Positions 12,501-25,765 of a stretch of 64,000 bases of DNA are shown here, in pieces. The notes beneath the pieces are model-generated. The model saw only the letters and a list, made by a program, of their open reading frames with translations, searched no databases and had not been told where the DNA came from. The first letter of the stretch is position 1. Every line of letters starts with the position of its first letter. A program made the translations under genes and the position numbers. This DNA is from Phoronis australis (Eukaryota > Animalia > Phoronida), in assembly GCA_002633005.1 (NCBI GenBank), contig NMRA01000138.1, positions 1 through 64,000 on the forward strand. Direction: 5' to 3'.

Positions 12501-15500
12501 TTAATTTCTTTTCTTAAATGATTCATTTTGATGTCATTTGTATTTGGTATGAAATAAGAAAAATGGGGTATCACTGGCTTTTTTGTTATTTTAACATAAA
12601 CAGCATCACAAAAACATGTAATTTGACCTTCTCTAAAGCACTCTATTTAAACTTATTTGATCTTTTTGCTAAGACATTGAGTTTATACATGTCTGCCTTC
12701 AAGTCACCTTGGCAGACATTTAGAGATGTAGCAATGGGTTCATTACCTTGCTAATAAGCAATTTTGTCTTTTCCTCCTGGCCATTTTGTTTCCTGGAGAG
12801 GCTGCCTTGCTATTTTTGGAATGATCTTTTAGTAGTCTCTTGTGTAATGTTGCGTAGACTTTTTCTGGTACACCCTTTTTACGCGCCCACATTTTATATG
12901 TGGGTGCATATTGCCATCATCTTTGTCTGGGCAGGCGGGTATTTGGGCGTCCAACGTCCGTGGCTGTATCGCCTAAACCCCCTTGAAGGATCTTATTAAA
13001 ATTTGGCAGGTGTGTTCCTATCGGTCTGATGACAGGATGACGAGTTTCGGACCCATCCAAGTACCACTGTGCCCCTTAATGGCAATTTTATTTATATTTT
13101 TGTTTGGCTCTATCTTCGGAGTGCTTTGATGGATTTTCACGAAATTCGGCAAATAGGTTTTTAATGCGGAGGCCATGATGCCAATTTTTTCAAACGGATA
13201 CTATGGGTTTTACACCTTGTGGCCATTTTTGTTATTTTCTGGCGTCCGCCTCTCTATGTGCCGCACCGCTCAAAGGATCGTAATTAAAATTTAAAGATGT
13301 GTTGCTGATGACAAGGCCACGTTGACCATCGGACGGGTACGACTACTGTGTCACCCCCTAGTGCCAATTTTGTTCTTTTTTGCATCTGCAGCCAAATCTC
13401 CTTAGCCCTTTGAAGGATCATATTGAGATTTTACAGGTGTGTTCCTATAAATCTGACACCAGATGACCAATTCGAGTATTGATCTGCCCCCTAGTGGCAA
13501 TTTTATTTTTTTATGTTTTCCTCTGTATCTTTGGAGTTCCTTGATGGATTTGCATGGAATTTATTAGCAAATAGATTTCAAATAAAGAGATGACGATGTC
13601 TTCTTGTTTTTGGATGGATTTGGCATATTCTACACCACCTGGTGGCAATTTAAGAAATATTGAGTACATCTGCCTTGGTATCTGCCAAATTTCTCAAAGG
13701 ATGAAAATTGCCTTATGCATTTTTGATGAGAACACCATGGCTGACACTGATTTTGGGACATGTTCGACTAGTGTGTGGCATTTTTTTGTCTATGGCTATA
13801 TCTCCTTAACTCTAAGGATGATTTATGTCTCTACTGTGAAGAAGACAACTGATGGTGATTTTTGGACAACTCGGACTACTGTGGCGCCTCCTAGTGGCAT
13901 TTTTTTGGATCTTTGGCTGTATCTCCCAAACCCTCTGCAGGATCTTTATTAAATTTAGCGAGGGTATTTATGTGAAGTTGACAACGGACAACAAAATTTG
14001 GACGGATCCGACTACTGTTGTGCCCCTAGTGACAGTTTTATTTTTTCCGTCTACAACTGTATCTCCTTTACCCTTTGCAAAATCTTTGTGAAATTTAGCA
14101 GATTTGTTCCTATGGAGATGACAACAGATGACAGCAGGTTTCAGACCAATCCAACCACAACTCTGCTCCCTAGTGGCAATTTTATTTTTTGCATTTGCCT
14201 CTGTAACTTCAGAGTTCCTCGATGGTTTTTCATGAAGTTTGGCAGACATGTTTCTGTTAGGAAGGTGACAGCACCTTTCCTTTTTTTTTGTGATGGATTC
14301 GACATATTCGACTTGTAGCCAGTTAAATTATTTTTTATTCTGTCTTTTTTGTTGTCTTCTTCTTTATCTGCCAAACTGCACAAAGGATCATTATGAAAAT
14401 TGGCAGATGTGTTTCTACTGACAAGAGCATGACTGACATTGATTTTCAAAGGTGTCCAACTGCTGTGGTGCCGCCTAGTGACATTTTTTGCATATATGGC
14501 TGTATCTCCTAACCACATTATTTACAAGATGTTTTTGAAATTTTGTGATAGCTGTATTCCTGTTAACTTAACATCAAATGGGCAGATTTGACTACTGATG
14601 CGGTTCCCAGTACCAGTTTCTTTGTTTGGCGTTTTATCAATGGAGTTCTTTTACAGATTTTCATGGACTTTGACAAATATTTTGGAGAGAAGACACCTTC
14701 CCATTTTTGGATGGGTTCAATATATTCTGTGCCTTCTACTGGCCAATTTTTACATATAAACACCCTTAGAAGCAACATCGTTTGTGGTGGTCGTGGGCGC
14801 ATTTCAACATGTTCCGTTGCTCTTGTTCATATAAGAGATCTGATCACCAACCTTACTTATTCGTGAGAGACATATGTATTTCATGTTTAAAAAAAATAAT
14901 TGCAGGTGGTGTGGTACACGTTGTACCTGACATGCGCTGGGCGCGCATGTGGGCCCATTACACTGATCACCTGGAACTATTTTTTGCTTTATTGATATAT
15001 AGTTAAAATCGAGCTGAGGAGCTACAAACTTGATTCAAGGGTCTAGCAGCGTGTCCCAGTGGGACTGAAACCTATGTCCTCGAGTAAAGAAGCCGGGCAC
15101 GTATCACACTAGGCCACACTGCCTCCTCTATATATTTCATGTTCCTAGCGTATCAGAGTTAATTTTTCAAAATGGCGACTAGTATGCATAGTGAAGGTTA
15201 ATGAGGACTTGGGAAAATATCTTCAAGTCGTACACTGCATCCTGTGGAAGGCCAAAATATCTGTCTGACTGGAATTAAACAGTTTAATATTAGAGTATCG
15301 CATGACAGAAATAATCCTCTCTGCTTGGAACCTATAGTACATGGGAAAAGTAATTAAAAAATAGTGTTGGCCTATTATAACAGCCAATTCCGATAACATC
15401 AAAAAGTGACTTGTAATATGTGTCATGGCGGCAAAATTCTTATAACAGAATGGCTTAGTCTTCGTAATAATTTTCTTGATAATGCAGTTTTGTTCTTTGT

Positions 15501-18500
15501 CATGAGGTAAGGCTATTCTGACAACGAATTTGGCTTCTGCCCAGCTGCCATGACAGGGAATTACAGATCATTCTTTCAGAATATTGTAAAATTGTTTTTG
15601 TTAAGTTAACTTTACTCTGCAAAAGTTATTCAACATTTTAGTTCATACGCAGACTCTATTGTGTGTCAGATACTCACTGGATCAACCCACAGTATAAGGT
15701 GTCGTTGAAAGATGTGGATGATGACAGTGATGACATCTGTAGTTTTGTTGTGCAACTAATGCAGAAAGACAAGAGAAGGCTACGCCATAAGCAATTGAAG
15801 CTGGACTACATAGGATTTTTGATTTATAAGGTATTTCATAATACCATTAGATATCCGCATGTAAAGCTAAGAAAACTATTTTAATGTTGAACTCCCAACA
15901 TCGGTTGTGCAAATCAGAAAAATATGAACATGGCTTACAGACAGGGAATTGTCAAAAAATGTGGCTTCATTTCATCAAAATTAAGACTTCATAGATGGTA
16001 CTAGAATGAATAAGTTCCTGAGACCTTTAGAGACAGTTTTGTGACTAGCGAACTTTCATTGAACTGTGCTCTCTCATTGTAAGACAAAAATTCTGACGGT
16101 ATATTTCAAGTTTATATGAATATGTCAATCTCAAATTTTCAGAAATTTCCTACTGACAACACTAATGTTTAAACTATGCCTCCGTTCTTGACTTCTTGGA
16201 AATTTGGCTAAAAAAACGGATGGTAGATTCACTTTTTTTGCGCTCACATATTTATATGTGGTCACATATTGCTGTCAACCAAACCACTCTAACGATGATT
16301 GTAGAAATTGGCATGTATGTTCGTAATGTGAAGAAGACGTTTGACAATGATTTTGTGACGGCTTTATCTACTGTGGCGCCTCTTAGTGGCAGTTTTGTTT
16401 TTTTTTGCTCTTGTAGCCTCTTAGTGGTAATTTCTTTTTTTGTTTTCCTCGATTTCTCATAAGTTCCTTGACAGATTTTTATGAAATTTGATAAATAGCT
16501 TTGATGACTGATACCAGTTTTCGGATGGATTCGACGTATTTTGCACCATTTAGTGGCCATTCTTATGTTCCAAATAAACACCCCTAGAAGCACACCGTTT
16601 GCGGTGCATTCATGGGCGCATTTCAACGCTCCGTGGTGCTCTTGTTTCAGTTGTTTGTAATCACAGTACACAGTCGGGCTTTTCCTGCTCACTGTCAGAA
16701 TTTAACTAAGACAGAACTCTTTATTTTGAAGCTTGGCAATAGTACTGGTAGATATGTTGAAGTGCACCTTCACTTGACCAGTTAAAGCTAACCTGTGTCA
16801 TATTGCTCCAGTCATGTGATGTGACCCCATTTCTTTTGCAGTGCTTCAAAGAGTTCCCACTTCCACTTTCCAAAGTCTATTTTGATCAGCACAACTTTGT
16901 AGAGCGTGTCGATACCTTCACCAACACACGGCAGGTCACCAAGCGATTCACACTGCCCCCTGGTGACTACATCATTGTTCCCTGCACATTTGAGGCCAAG
17001 AAGTACTCGGACTTTTTGCTCAGGATATTTTTCGAAAGTCCAAATACGCTTGAGTGAGTGTAATGCCTCTTCATCTGTTACCGACTGTTTGTTGAATTGC
17101 AGCAAGCAATGCAGTATGTATTGTTGGATTGATTCACGCCAGTATAGTTATAACAGTTCTTTGTTACACTGCGTTGCTTAGTTAGCTAATTGATCATGAA
17201 TGAAACATTCATTCACTAGTGTGTACATCTGAGTATTTGAACACACAAAATCGTGAGAATATTTACTGAACACATTGTAAGCGAATAAACTGTTTTGGAA
17301 GCAGTTTTGATTTCTTTTCTAACCTAAAAATGTTAGAGTTGTTATTTTTATTGAGTAATGTGGTGGAATTGACATCTACTTTGTCGATGATAATCATATT
17401 TATGTGTTAAATGTCTTGAAATATGTTGTCAATCATACAGTTTCAGTGCTTTTCTTAAAGAAGAACATTTTTGTCAGTGTGACCTAATTGCATGCTTTCA
17501 AACAACATTGTGGGATTTGTCAAGAGAGCCTGATGCTGTTTTTTCTTACTTAACCCGGCATTTACTTGTTTTCCTTTCCTAAAGAATGGCACAAAGTCAT
17601 CCCGTATCTTTTAAAAAACAGTAGTTGTTAAGAATATTCTTTTGGGCAACATTTTGTCTATTAATAAAGTAACATTCCTTTACAGGACAGCTGACACCGG
17701 TGCTGATGAAGTGGATATTCCTGCGCCACCTAGTGATCCAATGGGTAAGAATCGAGAAGAGCAGTTCAAAAAGTACTTTTATGATGTGTCAGGTGAAGAT
17801 ATGGAGGTGGACGCCTACGAGTTCAGGAGAATCCTCAATAAGACTCTGGCATCTGGTATGTTTTATATACATTATTGATTCATTCCAAACACCTTTAATA
17901 AGATATTTTACACCAAAATGATCAGTAAATGTAAAAAGTAAAAACCAGCAATCGTTTTCGGTAATTAGTCAACAATACTAAATAATTTTGTAAATACAAA
18001 AATTGATTTCAGGTTAATTGATTCAGTAAATTATTTTAAGTAATTTGGCCGTACATTTCTGTTCCATAGTAACACTCAAAGACTTCTTTAAAGTGACAAT
18101 ACTCAGATATATTTAAAGCGGCAACAAAATTGGGCCTTCTGTCAGAAAACTGTGTTTTGATGTAGTCCACTTACTGTTGTCAAAATGGATCACATCCTAT
18201 TGTCAAAATGGGTCACATCCTGTTGTCAAAATGGATCGCATCCTGGTGTCAAAATGGGTCGCATCCTGTTGTTAAAATGGGTCGCATCCTGTTGTCAAAA
18301 TGGGTCTCATCCTATTGTCAAAATGGGTCGCATCCTGTTGTCAAAATGGGTCGCATCCTGTTGTCAAAATGGGTCGCATCTTGTTGTCAAAATGGGTCGC
18401 ATCCTGTTCTTTTCTCAGGTTAGAGATGATTGCTATGGTTGAGAATAACTGACAGATTGTTAGTCCTTCACACTAGGCCCATTGAAAGATGTGCTTAGTT

Positions 18501-21500
18501 TGAAGCAAATAACCTGCAGTGATAAGCATCAAGTTGGTTTCAGCTGCCATGGCTGGGTGACTTTTGGGAATTTTTTTTTTGAAAATCCTTTAAATTGATT
18601 CCAGAAAGCTTTTAAGCTCTCCAGAATCAATTAAGTGCTTTTGCAAAAAAGTGATGGTAAATTGATTTTCCGAGTTCTACACAGTGCTACCTTGGACTAA
18701 GTGATTGCTTTGGCTCATATTCTTGGTGAAAAGTGTTTCAGTTTGAAGCTGTCGATTTTTTATCATGACTTTGTGGTTGTATGTGGTTTAGCAGCGTGCT
18801 TGAGGAATTTTTTTCTTAGCTATGACAGTTTTCACTGAAACTGCTTTACGTCCTAAGCATTTTTTTCTAATGCTTTGGTAAATGAAACTCTGACATTGTG
18901 TTCTGGTGTTTTATCTTAGATCCAGCATTTCGGGCAGCAGGAATCAGCTGCCTCATTACCCTGGATACCAATGTGTTCAGGCATCCAGGCAACTGTGATA
19001 TGGTTATATTTACCTAGCTTGTTAAGGTTAGCGATATGTTGCTGAACAGTGTGTGGCTTTAGCCAAATATTTACAAATCTGTAGAATTTAACTCAGCATA
19101 AGTATAATATTTTCTGTAAGTAGAAATTCCATAGAATTTGATTTTTTACTTGATACCAATTTGTCGTTAAGAAAGTCACATGACCTTGCTTTTAAAGGAA
19201 ATTCAGCAAAAAAGAGAGGCACATTCATAGCAAAACAACAGAATCAATAACATGACCAAATTTTGTGTTCCACATAAAATCTCAAAGATGCTGTTACAGT
19301 TTTCTATATTATCACTTAGCAATTTGTTTCATGCAGGTTTAAAATTTTTCTGTAAAAATCATATTAGTTCTATTTTTTGTAACCCCTCATGCTAAAGAGA
19401 AACATTTTATAAGCAATTTTCAACAGCATTTTGGAGAACTTTGAATAAAACATTGTATTTGAATGTTTCATGTGAATCCGATCAGCCATTTCTGAGATAC
19501 GATATTCCAACGTTGGCCAAAATTAGAATTTTTCTAGGGACCTATGTAACCTTATGCAAGTGTTTTTACACATTTAGTGGTAATGTTGTTTGAAATCTGT
19601 GGCTAAATAATAATTTGCATACTGATGGATACTTATTTCTGGCAGACTCATCCAGTGCAGATGTGAGTATCGATTCCTGTAAGTCGATGATTTTACTAGT
19701 GGACAAGGACAACACAGGCAAATTGGGCTTCTTTGAGTTCATGTACTTGTGGGACAACATTAGGAGTTGGCGGGTGAGTGTCGTGTTCTGGTTAGACATG
19801 TTAGCTATGCTAGTTTGAGAACAATTCCCTAATTAGTAGAGTTGAATAGGGGCAGGGGGGGACTGTCCACTCTAAAGCACATTTTTGCTCTTTCCCAACT
19901 TTCAAATTCTCTTCTTTGATCATCATTTGAATGTACTATAGGCACGTCAATATGACATGGTATTAACTTCAATGACTCAACCAACTCTAATTAGGTCAAG
20001 CTGAAATCACAAAATTCAAACTTAAATAAGTCAAGGTAGAGTCAGTGAATCTCAAGTTGAAGTCATCAATAAACACTATTCTGTATATGTCGTTGTAATC
20101 TCATTAGGAATGATAAGTTGCCATTTCAACATGAAACAAAACAACGATGGCACTGCATGGGTGATTACGCTGTGATGGACACTTACCATTTCTAGAAAAG
20201 TAGTTGAAAAAAAGGAAACCTTGGTGCTAACTTTCTCAGTGTGAAAACTTCATGTGTTTATATTCAATTCTAAACATTTGGGATCTTGTCCAATTACAAT
20301 AATTATTGTTGGAACTGTGGTAAAACATCGACACTAAGGTCCCAGTATGCGTATAGTATATTAAGGTTTGATTGGCGGTTGAAGGTGCAATAATCTCATG
20401 TCATCTTTCAAACAACGACTCATGATTCTGGGTTCGAGATGGTTGTCATGGAAAATCCAGACACTATGGCGTAACCTATTTTGTTTCAAATGCAAGATAA
20501 GAATGTAATAATGTTTCTTTGGTGGATTAAATTTATAAAAGTGCCTGATGTGAAGAAAGTTGTTTTTGATGGCAGAGTATGGTTTATATTGGTTTTAATA
20601 TATTTGTGTGTTATTGTTGCATTGTATTGCAGTATTACCTTCAAATATTTTTCAGAGAATATTTCAACTTCATGACAAAGATAAAAAAGGCTCCATTAAT
20701 TCATTTGAGTTGAGACCTGCTGTGTTCTCATTAGGTAAGGTTTAGTAACCCTGTTGTGTTCTCATTGGGTAAGGTTTAGTAACTCTGCTGTGTTCTCATT
20801 AGGTAAGGTTTAGTAACCCTGCTGTGTTCTCATTAGGTAAGGTTTAGTAACCCTGCTGTGTTCTCATTGGGTAAGGTTTAGTAACACTGTTATGCCACAT
20901 AATAGGGCTGTTACAATATTACAATCTAATTTAATCACTTGATGGATGGAATTATGATTCAAAGCAAATGATGTTCTATGAAAGTTAAGAGACTAATTTT
21001 TCAGAGAAACTAAAAATAGGTTTAAGATTTTTCTTTTTTGTGCATGGGAAACAATCACAAATTTTTGTCATCGCATACGTGAATGAACTAAGCGATGTGG
21101 GTAATAATCAAAGTAGAACTTTACTTTTTTACACTCTGGCCACTGTATTTACTGGTTGCTGATATGCACTTGTTGTGCTGGGGTTCAGTTGCGCTGTGTG
21201 GAGAGGTGTCGGGAAGGAGGGAGATCTGGGCTGCTTTGCGTAGACCTAAGACACTCACAAGAAAAGTTTGTGTGACCATATGCTTCAGTGCATAGTGATA
21301 TCTCACAAAGGCTTGTATGATCTCACTTTTCTTGCAAAAATGGAACAGAGCCCAGGATCATAATGGGCCTTATTTTTTATTGATTTTCTCAAGGTCATTA
21401 GATAATTCATGTTGAGCCACAGGGCAGATGATTAGGGGCATGCATTATTCAATATATTTCAGGTTACAGGGTGAACACCAAAGTTATAAAACGTCTTGTC

Positions 21501-23650
21501 TTCCGGTTTGCTGATGAAGAAAACAGAATAAACGAGGACAGTTTTATCAGCTGTATTGCCAAAATTATGAGTCTTTTCAGTGAGTTATTTGACTTTTCAT
21601 ACACTGAGAGCATTTCAATAAAAAATCCTGTTATTTTTGGAAAATTTTCGTTGAAATTTTATGTGTAATTACTTTCTAATATGGCTGACAGTTATTTATT
21701 GCTAATGTATTTGCATCCCAGCCCAAAATATGACGTCACATGTTTACTCCACTGGATTTGACCAGATGCGCTCTTCCAACAAAATACTGATAATTAGTAA
21801 TTCTAAATATCTTAAGTGTTTGAAACAACTATAATTCCTTTTCACTTGAAATGACTGTAATAATCCAACAAATCAGAGTAAAGCTTCACGACTGTATCTT
21901 GTTCAGTGGTCAGCCATTTAGTGTACATTACGAAGCTTCAAAATCATTTCAGATATCTACAAATCTCAGGAAAGTAACGGCAAGGCTGTGTTTACTCGGG
22001 ACCAGGTAAAGTAATGTACTACATTTGTAGTGGAGAGAAATGCAAAGATGACTGTTCATCTGTGTATGCTGTTTACAGTGATTGTGATTGCTAGTCATTA
22101 TGGGCCACAGTCATGTCCTACACCCGCCATGATATGCCAGTTAAGGTGGTTAAATAGGCCAACACTTCTGGTTGGTGTGTGGATCGGATTTCATCCTTGA
22201 GAACCAATCAATTGTCCTGGAGGGTTGACTTGACTGAGTGAATCAAGTGCTGCCCGTGTGAACTCCAGAGTATATAACAGAGATGTATAATATTATATCT
22301 GTATAATATTATATCTAGTATAGCTGTTATCTCCATGATGCCTACAACAGTAGCTATCCTTGCATTTCGTCTTTGAAAAATTGTAGGTTGTTTTGGAATA
22401 GACACCACTGTTTAAATTTAAATGTCTCATATTAGTTGATACAAACCTTTTTTTGCTAAATTCTCTTATTTGGTGTGTGCTTGAAAGAATTCAATAGACC
22501 ATCATCGTAAATGTTTTATGTGCTGGTTAAGTAATGTAGACACCCTGCTTTAATTTCACTGCTCATACTCAGCAAGTCTAATAGCGGACTTGAGGAATTT
22601 TGGAACTGTCAATGTTTTTTGTAGCTATGGCAGTTTTCACGGAAACTGCTTGATGTCCTAAGCATTCTTTTTTAATGCTTTGGTAGGTGTAACACTGACA
22701 TTGTGTTCTGGTGTTTCATCTTAGATCCAGCATTTCGGGCAGCAGAAATCTGTTGCTCGACCTGTTGCTTTCTTATATTTCTGCAGGTTACAGTGACCTG
22801 TTATTGCCTGCATTACCAACTGCAGCTGAGACCTGGTCAGACTCATTAGCTTGGTAGTAAGACTGGGAGTTATCCAGCTCACCACCTCTTTTGTTCTTCT
22901 ACAGTCACTTAGTCCAAGATGTTTTCCATTGTTCTAATGGCCAATTCCTTATTCCTAAAACAAAGGAAGCATAGGGGACAGGTAATAATGGTTCAGGTCC
23001 TTGAAATTCAAGATCTGAATCAAGTTTGGCTAATAGATCAGCTGCCTCATTACCCTGGATACCAGTGTGTTCAGCCGTTCAGGCAACTGTGATATGGTTA
23101 TGTTTACCTGGCTTGTTAAGGTTAGCGATATGTTACTGAACAATGTATGACTTTACAACATTGTTTTTTTAAGGCTTTAATAGCTGCGTGACTACCAGAC
23201 CGGATAGCTATGGATTTATTATGGATTTGAGCATTTCTTCTGCAACTTTATAAATTACAAAGGCCTCTGGTTGAAAACCAAAATTATGTACATGTTATAT
23301 ACTGTAGGGTTTAGCAGTTGGGTCCAGTGGTATTCGATGCTAGGCCCTTTAGAACAGGAGGCTGACACTCAACCCATTAGGCCACACTTGTTCCTCAGGT
23401 AGATAAGAAGGAATGCTCTTAGTTTTTAACTAATTACTAGAAAAGCTGAGGAGGAAGAGTCTCTTGCATTTAGTGTAACAAAATTGATCATGTGATAGCA
23501 GAATATGTTCAGTTTCATATCTAATCCTTATATTTCTAATTATTATATTGCTAATGATTAAGATTTAAAGTAGTATTTTAATTTGCTTTGTGAGAATCTT
23601 ATTAAAAGTATTGCTTTTTTCAGTTCTTGGAAAAGAGTTTAACTACATGA
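6504..23650 (+). CDS. Classical calpain (C-terminal half of CysPc + domain III/C2L + penta-EF-hand), 5'-partial. Exons 6504-6584, 7592-7770, 11952-12109, 15670-15830, 16842-17053, 17686-17855, 19646-19773, 20656-20734, 21463-21579, 21953-22005, 23624-23650
   Basis: Motifs NGLATAHAYSIT (catalytic His), RIRNPWG..EWNGPWSD (catalytic Asn), DDGEFWM, WINPQY, RFTLPPGDYIIVPCTF, and EF hands DKDNTGKLGFFEF and DKDKKGSINSFEL. All introns are GT-AG and phase-compatible; 454 aa open to TGA. Confidence 0.9.
6979..7163. mobile_element. Degenerate MITE, related to the element at ~28950-29230
   Basis: Imperfect TIRs CTTTTGATTTAGACC / GGCCTAAATTAAAAG and inner AAACTGGT / ACCAGTT. Confidence 0.5.
8040..11491 (+). 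mobile_element. Outer HINE/DINE-1-like non-autonomous Helentron copy, interrupted by a nested copy at ~8327-10325
   Basis: 5' TTTTATGCGCCCACATATTTATATGTG hairpin/subTIR, GTCC-type microsatellite, internal ~150-bp tandem units, 3' GTGGGCTCAT subTIR plus short hairpin and GCTCTTGTT end; no TSD, T-rich insertion site. Confidence 0.8.
8327..10325 (+). mobile_element. Inner, younger HINE copy with a ~452-bp higher-order tandem repeat (3 x ~150-bp subunits)
   Basis: SubTIR pair ATGCGCCCACA / TGTGGGCGCAT, (GTCC)n tract, 3' stem-loop CAACGC-TCC-GCGTTG. The unit GGATCCGACTACCGGTGTGCCCCCTAGTGG recurs at ~8533, ~8985 and ~9437. Confidence 0.85.
12876..14827 (+). mobile_element. Diverged full-length HINE copy
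   Basis: Same 5' (TTTTTACGCGCCCACA) and 3' (GTGGGCGCATTTCAAC...GCTCTTGTT) termini, with about 12 degenerate ~150-bp units. Confidence 0.8.
14889..15129 (-). mobile_element. tRNA-derived SINE
   Basis: Minus strand begins AGAGGAGGCAGTGTGGCCTAGTG (A-box-like) and has GGTTTCAGTCCC (B-box-like). Flanked by an imperfect direct repeat AT(G/A)TATTTCATGTT. Paralogs at 46947-47189 and 58487-58667. Confidence 0.75.
16233..16646 (+). mobile_element. Short internally deleted HINE copy
   Basis: Family 5' and 3' termini with only ~2 internal units. Confidence 0.75.
18172..18408. repeat. 23-bp minisatellite (GTCAAAATGGGTCGCATCCTGTT) x ~10
   Basis: Directly visible tandem array in a calpain intron. Confidence 0.92.
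18799..19060 (-). mobile_element. Non-LTR retrotransposon 3' fragment (RNase H end), internally deleted paralog of 22590-23285
   Basis: Minus-strand translation includes AWMPEHIGIQGNEAADS (RNase H W.PGH.GI.GNE.AD motif); aligns by eye to 22590-22750 and 23038-23155. Confidence 0.75.
20719..20885 (+). repeat. 34-bp tandem repeat x5 spanning a calpain exon end and splice donor
   Basis: Unit GCTGTGTTCTCATTAG|GTAAGGTTTAGTAACCCT; the first copy is the real exon/intron junction. Confidence 0.92.
22590..23285 (-). mobile_element. Degenerate LINE (LOA/I-group-like) 3' fragment: RNase H plus C-terminal zinc knuckle
   Basis: Minus-strand translation, with stops and frameshifts: FQPEAFVI, IAIRSGSHAAIKAL, HTGIQGNEAADLLAK..FQGPEP, ITGHCNL..CPKC..DETPEH. 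Confidence 0.8.
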
Positions 23651-25765
23651 AGATCCAGGGTGCAATGTTCACCAAGAAAATGTCAACCTCTGCCAAAACA
23701 ATTTTCTATGATTTAAGTCAGAACTCATTAAAACTCAACTGCAGTTTGCGAACGAATGGATATTGAAGAAGTTAAAGCAAACCATAGTCATGTTTTTAAT
23801 GAGTTGTTTGCGAAAGGAACAAACTACAAGAATGCGAGTGGTAAAGAAATCAATGCTTTGACATTGTGTTATGACACGGCATTCCATTGTAGATTCAAGA
23901 TATTTTTGATCCAAGTGCCTTCAACAGAAGACAGGTTGTTCTTTGTATTTTAAGACTACAAACAGTACTACACAGAAATAATCATACAAAACACCATTTC
24001 CCCGTCATGATTACAAATTCTGTTAAGAGGAAAATGGCTGGTTTTAACTATTTCAGGAGCAAAATTCTAATTGCAGCTTGGCTTAGTCACCTTGCTAACT
24101 TTCTTGTCGATTTCCCTTTATTCTGAGTCACGTGGGAAGACTACCCTGACACTGAATTCGGATTCTGCCCAGCTGTCATGACGGGGAGTTCCAGGTCATT
24201 TTGTTTGAATATTTATGACTTGTACTATTCATTCAGGCTTGCCACTGTACATTTAACTTGCAATTTGACTCAATTTGAGAATCAGCTGTTAGGGTCAGTC
24301 TGAGTTTAGAGATATGCTCCGATGCACAGCAGTAACACAAGTTGTTTTTAAAGGAAACCTTTGTGTTATTGAGTTCAACAGGAACAGTCATGTGATCTTC
24401 AACTACAACTTTAAAATACGCATTTGCTTGTCAAGATCAATGTGTGTTCAGAATATTTGAAATCATAAAATGAATTCATTTTCTTGTATTTTCTTCTTTT
24501 TCATGTATTTTCATACTTAAATGTAGTTTAACTACTTCTGATCAAAAAAGTAATGTCCTTTGACATTCTACAAATTTTACTTATATACTTGCTCAAAAAG
24601 CATACTAGTCCTGTAATTTTTAATGGGACAAATGATTCTAAGGTATGTTAGCTGTTGCTTATTTGAGGCAATGAACAATTTAGTTTGCTGTTGTCGTAGA
24701 TCAGTGGTTTTCTCTTAGCAGTTGTGGTCAATGTTCACAAGCTGCAGTTCTTGTTTTTGAGATCACAGCCGTAGTCACATACAGTAAAACTCGCACAAAT
24801 CGGATCCGACCAGACCAAGATATTTTATATGTGCAAGGCGAAATCTTCCCTTATCTGGATGACCTTTCACACAAACAAGAATAACTGTATCAGTGAATTT
24901 TGTCAGAGTAAAGCGAAAATCCATTTTGTGCAACATTTACTGTTCATCAATAGTCATGTGATATCTACCATGTTCTTGTTCTATGACCTATGTAAAAGAG
25001 CTTTTATTATTGGTCAAGTTTTATGGGTAGATCTCCAGTATTAGTATTGGTACTATAGCTTTACAAAGGATGGTTGAGAAATAGAAAGGGGCGGTATTGA
25101 ACAATGAACACGTAACTATTTTGTGACTGCGACAGAAAATGTACTATCCTTGTGAACATGTATCACTGTTTTGTAGTCATAACTCGTGGTTGATATTCAT
25201 TAGTCAAACTCCAACATTAAGTAAGTTTTCTTGATATTAGTTCTCTACACAATTGGCGATTCATAATTCACTAAGTGGTACTAGTAAAACAAGGGTCCTA
25301 CCTATATAAATGCGCGTTGTACTCTTGACACAGGAACAACTGCCCAATGAATTGGTTTTTAATCTCTCAACTTTTCTGATTAGATGTTAAAAAGAGTAAC
25401 TTCTCATTAGTAACACTCGGAGAATATGAAGTCAGCCATTGTGTAGAATATGTATGAGGTAGGGTGTAAATAAAAATCAAAAGTTGTGAGACTATTTATG
25501 GACTGGCTATGTTTGCTTATGGTGCTTTTAAAGGTAATTATGTGTTTTGTAAGGTTAGTGATTATTTTTGTGTTGTAATCATGATCAAACGGTGTTTTAG
25601 GGGTATGTGCTGGAAGGTAAGATATGGAACTCAATAACTCATTCATGAGTGAAGTCTCCATTGTTGCTTATTAGTTTTCCCATTTGTGCTCAAAAGGCAC
25701 AAATGTACATGCGTTGCATCCACCAGCAATGCAAAATTGCCATTTTTTGTTGCGAAAATGGCTCA

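Noticed and set aside
9270-14518. Many 60-125 aa ORFs sharing TTVAPPSG
   Set aside because: Incidental translations of non-coding HINE units; no Rep/helicase motifs.
15050-15129. tRNA gene
   Set aside because: A/B-box-like motifs are present but no intact cloverleaf; it is the head of a repeated SINE.
17722-17735. CTCF/HINE-like TGCGCCACCTAGTG inside a calpain coding exon
   Set aside because: Encodes APPS in frame and has no flanking similarity to the element; likely coincidence.
18185-18442. ORFs with repeated KMGRILLSKW and the acceptor-like site at ~18418
   Set aside because: Product of the 23-bp minisatellite; splicing to 18419 gives an immediate stop and no supporting donor.
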